DNA of 64,000 nucleotides from the human T2T-CHM13v2.0 reference genome, Homo sapiens: NCBI RefSeq assembly GCF_009914755.1, contig NC_060926.1; one strand, 5' to 3'. Shown piece by piece: positions 55,913 to 64,000 of this stretch (position 1 is its first letter; each line of letters starts with the position of its first letter). The notes under the pieces were generated by a model. It saw only the letters and a program-made list of their open reading frames with translations, ran no database searches and was not told where the DNA came from. The position numbers and the translations under genes were made by a program.

Positions 55913-58547
55913 AAGATTCTAGTTTTCTGCCACGGTAAATTGAGGTGTTCCTGGCATATAGTAGGCAAGAAATAAAGCCTGTTTATTGAAGGCTATGTGT
56001 ATGTAGTTGTAAAGTCACCTCAGTTCTCTTTACGAAAAAAGAATATTGTACGTCTTTTATTTATTTTTAATGGGGGAATAGTTTGTAATGGCCTTAGTAA
56101 CTTTGAGCATTTTATCCTCTTGACAAATCCAGCAGAGATTTTACTTCCTGAATGAAAGGATACTGGCTAGCCAAGCGTTGGTTGAAATGTTCAGTGGGGA
56201 AAGTAAGTTGATATTCCTATCACCGCAGAATCTCTTTGTCTCTGGATTTCCCTTTGATTTTCACAAGGACTGAGCAAGTCCTGCAGGTAATTCAGTGCCA
56301 GGGCAGGCTAGCTGAGTTTTAATTGATGCTAATTAGCACCCCCATAGACTGTGACAATTTTTTCCCCTCAAGCAGTCAGCCAAGTGGCATTAGGAAATGT
56401 GAGACATCTTTCTTTGGAATCGTCATAGGAGCAGAACTATTTTCAGGCCCAGTCTCCTTGGCAGGTCTTGCCCTTCTCAGAAATAGTGAGGAAATGAGAT
56501 AAGAAAAGTAATACCCCGAGGAGTAAGGTGCCAAGTAGTTCTAGACCCAACTGTGGGCTTAGGACAGCAGGGAGAGGATGCTGAAGGATTTTGCTCTCAA
56601 GTACCTTTGCTTCTAGTTGGAAAGAATGAGAGATAGGATGGAATGAAGTCTGACTGCTGCATGGGAGCTGGGGGGAAATGCTTTGCGGGAGCAGTATTTA
56701 TGGCAAGTTCAGAAGACATCTTCTTACCTTGAACAAGTCATTAGAGCTGGAACTGTATACTGATGACAAAAGATAAAATATAACAAGATAAATGGTCCCA
56801 GGCAGTCTTGTGTGCTCCGTCCTCCCAGCTATACTCCACTGGAATCCAGTATCTGCCTTTGGTGGTAGATGTTCCTGTTTCTCCATCCCTTGGCTAGATA
56901 TATATTATCCATTGATAGGCAGCTAAGTTTGCAGCCAATTCTCAATCATTTCTTGTGGTGGGGGACAGAAATAATGTGGGAAGCTAAGTTCACCATCAAC
57001 CCAGGGACTTATTAGCTGGAAGTTTCAAACTGCCTTGCCACTGAACACCATAAACAACTTCAGACCACAGCTGACTTGGTGTTTGCTGGTAGGAGGGAGT
57101 GAGAAATTATGCCAGAGGTGGGAAAACTTGTCAAGTCAAGGGGGAGGTCTCTTTATTCTTCCCCTGTGCATTCAGAGAGGTGATGGTGTCTCTCTACCTC
57201 ATTGAAACCTGCTCCCAGGAGCTTCTGAAGTTGGCCATTTAGAACCCAGTGTGAATATAAGGCAGTGGATTCCCTTTTTCAGGAAATTTGTATTTTGAAT
57301 CTAGACCTCTTTGATTAACCAGAAGGTCTTGGCTCCTGGTGAAGAAACCATGAGGAGATGGGGGGATAGGCAAGCATGATTCTGAAATGACGCTGGGGAG
57401 GATCAGGGCTATTTCATCTGTGCTCACATGAACACCACAGTCAAGCCTAAGGCTGGGCTTTCAGATATCTGACCTAGACTCTCTATAGGAAATATATTCT
57501 GCCTTGCGGCATAGCATGCACCATAAGGAGCAGTGGAATAGCACTTACCCTCACTACATTGAGAGGCATTTGATCTATGTTAATAACCTATTATTTTACT
57601 TAAAAAATGTTGGTTGGACCTACAATATTGATTTTACAACCCCCTAGTGGCATGTGACCTACAGGGCTAAGCTGAGTTGCTCTTTCTGGTTTCCTGCATC
57701 TGGGCGCCTAGTCAGGGGGCAAGTTGGGACTGCACCTCGATTTTCATTTCTTTTGCCAAATGGGCACCCAGACTTGGGGCTGGGTCTGCCAGAGGTGGCA
57801 GTGCTTTTTGTGACGTGTGTAAGGGGTAGTGTGCGCATCCAAGGAGGGAATGCATGGGACTTGTGTGTCCCCAGTCAACCCCATTTGTAATTTGCAAATA
57901 GGATCTGTGTGGCTGGCAGGGGGCTGGCAGTGTGCACCAGAAAGAGGAAACAGAAGGTAGACTCCCAGGTGAGGAAGAGCTAGATCCAGAGGGAGAAACG
58001 ACACCCGCCCTGGCTTTGACACTGGTTAGAAAGTCTGTTCCTGGCTTTTTCCTCATGGCCCTTCTTTCACTTTGTGGTCTGAAAATTGGCCAAAAGATCA
58101 GGAAGGTGCTGAATCAAGACGAGAATAAAAGGGCACTTGAAACCTAAACACGGGCCAATGACTCCTGGATAACCAAAACCTGGCTGAAGGGAAGAGCTAA
58201 CATTCTATCTGCATGGAAAAGTAAAGGAAGATCAGTTCTCTGATGAAAATGAGAAATATTATTATTAAGTTGATCAATACTTTGTTGAAAACTTTCTCTG
58301 TACCTGGTACTAAGATACTCTGTTGTTTAAATAGCTTCTTATAGTCACTGTGGATTACAGTAATTTCTTTTTACAAGATGTAAGATTTGCCCATCTGCAT
58401 AAATACCCATATTTTAATTCTATGATTTGTCTTTACTTCTAGCTACTCACTAAACATACATTTCCTGAAAGCAGAAGAGATTCAATTGCTGTTATTCACA
58501 TGATTACTATCGTGCCAGGAGGGAGTGTCAGGGAAGTTAATAAAACA

Positions 58548-58717
58548 GGCCAGGTGTGGTGGCTCACAACTGTAATCCCGGCACTTTGGGAGGCCGAGGT
58601 GGGCTGATTGCTTGAGGTCAGCAGTTTGAGACAAGCCTGAGCAACATGGTGAGACCCCAGCTCCAAAAAAAAAAAATACAAAAATTAGCCAGCCATTGTG
58701 GTATGTGCCCGTAGTCT
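58548..58717 (+). mobile_element. Alu, 3'-truncated
   Basis: Left arm, linker and the start of the right arm only. Confidence 0.9.
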
Positions 58718-59399
58718 CTTGACTGTAGGCAACTAGAAGTCTTTCCCCAGGTACGGGGGGCAGTGGTATAGGACAGCTTTTAAGGGGGTAGAATGTGACT
58801 CAGGCTTTCGTGGACTGGGTAGTATTTGGATAAGCCTGGTGACAGTCTGCACACTATAGACTAGAGCACTCTGCTGTGACAGGTATGCCTGAATAGAACT
58901 CACGAAGATCCTGCTCTGGCAATTTAGTCACTGCCTATCCACGGATAGAACCCTGACTATTCAGTAGTCACAATAGACAAATGATAGCTTAGCAGATTTT
59001 GGTTATTATTACTATTTTAAAATTTAAGTATAGGAGATTTTGCATCAATCATATAGAATCACATATGGAATTTCTTAGAATGGGATCTTAGTACCTTATC
59101 TTGTATATGTCCTGTATAAAACGCACAGCTGATCCTATGAAGCCTGGCAAGTTTTAAAGGGAAGGAGTATGCAAGCAGAAACCCAGAGGGCTTTAGCAGG
59201 GTAAATGTAGATGGAGAGGCCTAGAGAAAAACTTTTCCTTCTTTATAATTTTCCTGCTTCTATTCTGTTTCACCTAAATCCCAGAGCTGAAATCAGCAAT
59301 TTAATTGTCTTCCTTTCTCTTCTTCCGTAAGGGTTTGCAGAATACAGAGCTAACAAGATTACATGGGGCTTAGGGGGTCATGCTGCCAACAACATAAGG

Positions 59400-60665
59400 A
59401 GGTCTACTACTACTGCCTTTATTCACCATTTTTCTGTGGGCACTAGCTGATGCACTTGGACAAAAGAGAAAAAGGTATACATGCAGAAAGAGAGAAATTG
59501 GCTTATCATGTGCATATGATATGCTTATATGCTATACAATATGCTATTTATTACAAATGATAAGGTAATACAGTGAGGTGGCTTGACATAGAATTAATAT
59601 ACAAAAATAACCGTAGAGAAAAACAACAAGGTAGAAAATAGAATGGAAGCAAATGCTTCATTCATAGTCAGGATAAGTGAGAATAATAAAGATGAACTAC
59701 CTCTGCCAGATATTGCATATTTTAAATCATATTATGGTTTAAATATACTGAATATAGTTTAATATATTTAAACTATATTTAAGTAGTATAGAATTGATAC
59801 TGTGTAGACTGAGAAATCAGTAGTACAGAATAGAAATGGAAAATTGGCGTCCAGAGCTAGACACCAATATAGAATGAAAATTTGTCTTTGGTGGCATTTT
59901 ATATCAGTGAAGAATGGTAGATTATTCAATAGTTTGGGACAACTGGGTGGCCTTCTGGAAAAACAAAAATTGGATCTATACCTAGTTTCTTCTGCCAACA
60001 TAAATGCCAGATGAATCAAATATTTAAATATTAAAAGCAATAGAAGGAAAAGGAGAAATTTTAAAAATCTTGTGGTGGTACAGTCTTCCTAGGTATAACA
60101 CAAACCATGGAAATCAAAAAGAGAGAGATTGATATATTAAATTTCCAAAAACAAAACAAAACAAGCAGGTTTCATGGAGCCCGAGTCCATGAAAGCTTCA
60201 TGGACCAACATAAACAAAGTCAAAAGACAAACAATGAATTGAAAATCACACATAAAAACCAAACGACTAATATCCTTAATTTATAAAGTATTCTAATAAA
60301 TTAGTAAGAAAAGATCAATAACATAATGAAAAAATGGAATAAAGGTATAAACAGACAATTGACAGAAAAAAGAAATATACATGACTCTTAAATATACAGA
60401 AAGATATCCAACTTACAATAGGTTACCATTTTTATTAACTGTTAGAATGATAAACATAAAAACATTTATTGTTGAAGGTGGAGGGAACAAGACATCCATG
60501 CATAATGGGAACATAAATTGGAACAACTTCTACAGTGGGTGTTTTGATAATCTTTATCCAAAAATGCACATACCCATGAACTCAGTAATTCCACTTCCAG
60601 AAATGTTGTCCCACAGAAATATTTATGTGTGAAGATATATTTGAGAATATTTCTTGTAACATCTA
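59400..60665 (+). mobile_element. Old L1 (L1M-type) ORF2/3' remnants
   Basis: gattattcaatagtttgggacaactggg, aaagtcaaaagacaaac, actcagtaattccacttccag. Confidence 0.75.
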
Positions 60666-62667
60666 AATGTCTTTCATTACTCTATGTTTCATTTTGCTTA
60701 TCTGTAAGGTGGCAATAGGGATTCTAGTTTCCTGACACTTGAAATGGCTGGTATAGGAGCACCTCAGAAACAAGCTAGGCTGCTAGAAAGAAGAAAGGTA
60801 TTCTCTAAATTTAGAACATTATTCCAATATTTCAGAAAAAGGGAGAGTCCTAATTATAAGGTAGTTGCGCTGTGCTTTGTAATGCCAGGGCAGAGACAGC
60901 CCAGGTATTAGGTTCTCGCTTGCTTTTGTGCTCTGTTTGGAAGCACGTTGGAGACCAGTGTGATGGGAGTGGCTGGTGGCCTTTATTGTATGGGGTCCTC
61001 AGAGTTGGAGCGTTAGCACCCAGAAGATGTGCTCCTCCCCACTAGGAATCTAGCTCTGGCCCTCTGGCAGTGTCTCAAGGGAGAAGTTTCTCTAGGGCCA
61101 TTTTCTTGACACCCAGCAAATAAGAATCCCTTATATTTGACAACATTATGTTCACACCAACATTAATTTGACTCAGATAATGATGCCACCTGTTACACAG
61201 TCCATCAGCATAATTATAGGTGAGGAAATTGCTAAGAGAGGTCCCTGAGCAGTTGGAGGCCAGAAGGAAATATTTTCAATTAATTAATGGCTGGGCAGGT
61301 AAATTTTTTTAGTATTAAAAAAATTAAGAATTCCCTAGTGTAAGATGTCATGGCTGCTAACTGTCTAGAAAGGGGTACATATCAGAAGAGGGTAAGCTGA
61401 GATTCATGGATGTTCAAACTTTGGTTGTAAGCACTTTTCTTCTTTAAAATATTATTTTAAAGATACTGTGTTAGGTTTTTCTTCTTTTTTTCCCCCTTAA
61501 CCCCAAAACAAACTCTAATAAAATAACCATTCTGTGAGTTTATAAGTTGCACTGGCTAGAATTTAGCAAAATGAAAAGAATTTAACTTGGATGAATATAT
61601 TATGCCTAAGGAATTGAGCATCAGTCTGGGCTTTGTTAATGGTGAATGCCTAAACCACCAAATGATTCTGTTGTTTTTGTGGGTTTCTTGAAAGAGACCA
61701 AGTATTTAGACTCTCCCTGACTTATGTAACACTTCAGCTATTGCATTGGTAAGTCAAGAAAAATAAGGAACAGAGAACAGGTTTGAAATAAAGCTTCCTA
61801 TCTGGGTTGCAAGGATACACTTTCTAATTATTTGTTATGATAATTTTATCAATTGCACCTACTGCAAGTGCTCCTTGTCCTTGGATCAATGTGCATTAGC
61901 CAGAGACTGTCTTATCAGTAAGCTTCTGAATTGCCTGTATGAGGCACAAATCGTTGGTTGCTCATCCACAACATAAGAGACTTGATGTTGGCCTTTTGGG
62001 AGCTCATGTTTCAAATCAGATTAGAGCTAATGTGGCCAGAACATAAGAACACAAGGAAAAATGAACAAAATGTTGTAGGTATGAATGTGCTGTGGGGCGT
62101 GCTTTGTTTAAAGCAAACCTCATAAAAGAAGAGCAGGGTTAAAGAAGCCTATTAAGTTAGGGATCACTTATTTGCTTTACAAGAAGGGAGGGACTTAAGC
62201 ACAGCTCTTGTGGCACATTCGGAATAGAATTTGACTTACAAAAAAGTCTAGATCACAGATTCCGAGTTGAAAGCATGTCATATAAGTGAGATAAAGAACA
62301 GTGATGCCTTATTTAACTGGGGAACAGATTTCAGGTAACCTTGGGTAACCAGAACGTGATCATGAATCAGAAAGTGCTGTGGAAGAATAGAAAGAACTGA
62401 ACTGAACTGAATGGCCAGGGGTCCGGCCTCCCACGACCCCCAATCCCATTCTCTATACCTTGTTTCCTATTGGCGAAAAGAAGGTATTAGACAGTTTCAA
62501 AGTCTCTCCCCTTGTTAAAAATTGATAATGTAATCTATCCTTTATTTGTTTTTATATATTTTATATATTTATATATTTGTAATATTTAAGAAAAGATTTA
62601 ATTTAATAAATATACATAGCAAAGCATTCAAACAGTGAAAAAGTAAATGCTTAAAAGTTTGTTTTCC

Positions 62668-63006
<339 letters not shown>

Positions 63007-64000
63007 CTAGTTCCTTGGATATCCTTCCAGAAATACTCTGTGCATTCTATAAACTTATGCATATGTCTTTTGGAAACAAACAGGAAAATCATGCACACTA
63101 TCCTGCTTCTTGCTTTTGTTACTTACCAATTTTGGAAATTGTTATGATAGTCTCATATTGATCTGCTTTCTTCTTCTGAAAGACTCTTCAGTGTAGTAAT
63201 CCATAGTTCAATACTTAGTTGAACTAGAATCTTGGTAAATACTTCATTTATTTCATAAATCTTCTCTTCAGTTCCCTGCAGCTCTAAATTTCTATGACTG
63301 TAACATCTAAGTTAAAAAGATGTCTGAGATGTCTGAGTAAGAAAAAAAATAGTTGTTGCAAATCACATGTGCTGCTTCTCTTGGGGGATAAAGGCCCATT
63401 TGTTCTTGGTCCCTGACCACTGACATGTATGGTGCAAAGCAGGGGCTGAAAACACTGGTCCATATGTCAGCAGAGGCAGGGGGCGAAGGAAGCACATTTA
63501 TTCACAGTGGAGACAGGCCTCTTGCATTGTCAATTTTACCCGTGTGAGAATTGTTGTTCCTGTTGGTGACTGGGTCACTGATAAAAGATTAAATCAGATT
63601 GGAGACAAAAACTGCACTGCCTTTTAAAGCAATATATACATGTAAGAGGTTTTTCATGTTTAAATGTTAAAAAGTCATTTGGGGTTACAGATGAACCTCT
63701 TAAAGAGAAGGCTGTGTATATCGTGTGGGAGCTGGAAGAAAGGGAGTTGTAGAATTTGAGAGGTAGAAGGTTTGAGTGATTTTCCCTCTCTGTATAATGA
63801 TCTGAAGTGAAGAGACCAATGTACTTTTTTAGGGCTGGACTGGGGCACCAGTGGAAAGGCAATCATAGACCATCCAGGTGCTCCCAGAGTTCCCAGAGTT
63901 TAGGGACAACTTGGCATGGGCCATGCTGGCTTACTCTGAAGCAGATACAGCACATACCTTAGGGTGCCAGCAAAGTCAGGGCACTGCAAATTTATTTTGG

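Overview
Human (AluYb8-bearing) genomic DNA at the 5' end of PRKCE (protein kinase C epsilon). The window has four parts. (1) About 23 kb of repeat-rich upstream sequence: L1, MaLR LTRs, Alu, MIR, L2 and hAT MITEs, an orphan CpG island with a near-consensus CTCF site at ~16.9 kb, and a 173-bp local duplication. (2) A large CpG-island promoter at ~22.9-25.6 kb with a (CG)n/(CA)n Z-DNA tract and G-quadruplex motifs. (3) The first coding exon, 25144-25491, encoding 116 aa of the C2/V1 domain. (4) About 38.5 kb of the following intron. No other protein-coding gene is supported. The most interesting signal is in the 5' leader: a putative ~200-nt 5'UTR intron with tandem donors would switch between three uORF products. 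One of them ends in RARAQRHKV, which aligns with the novel-PKC pseudosubstrate, and its stop codon overlaps a canonical RNA G-quadruplex motif. Repeat boundaries and subfamily names are by-eye calls from remembered consensus sequences and are approximate.
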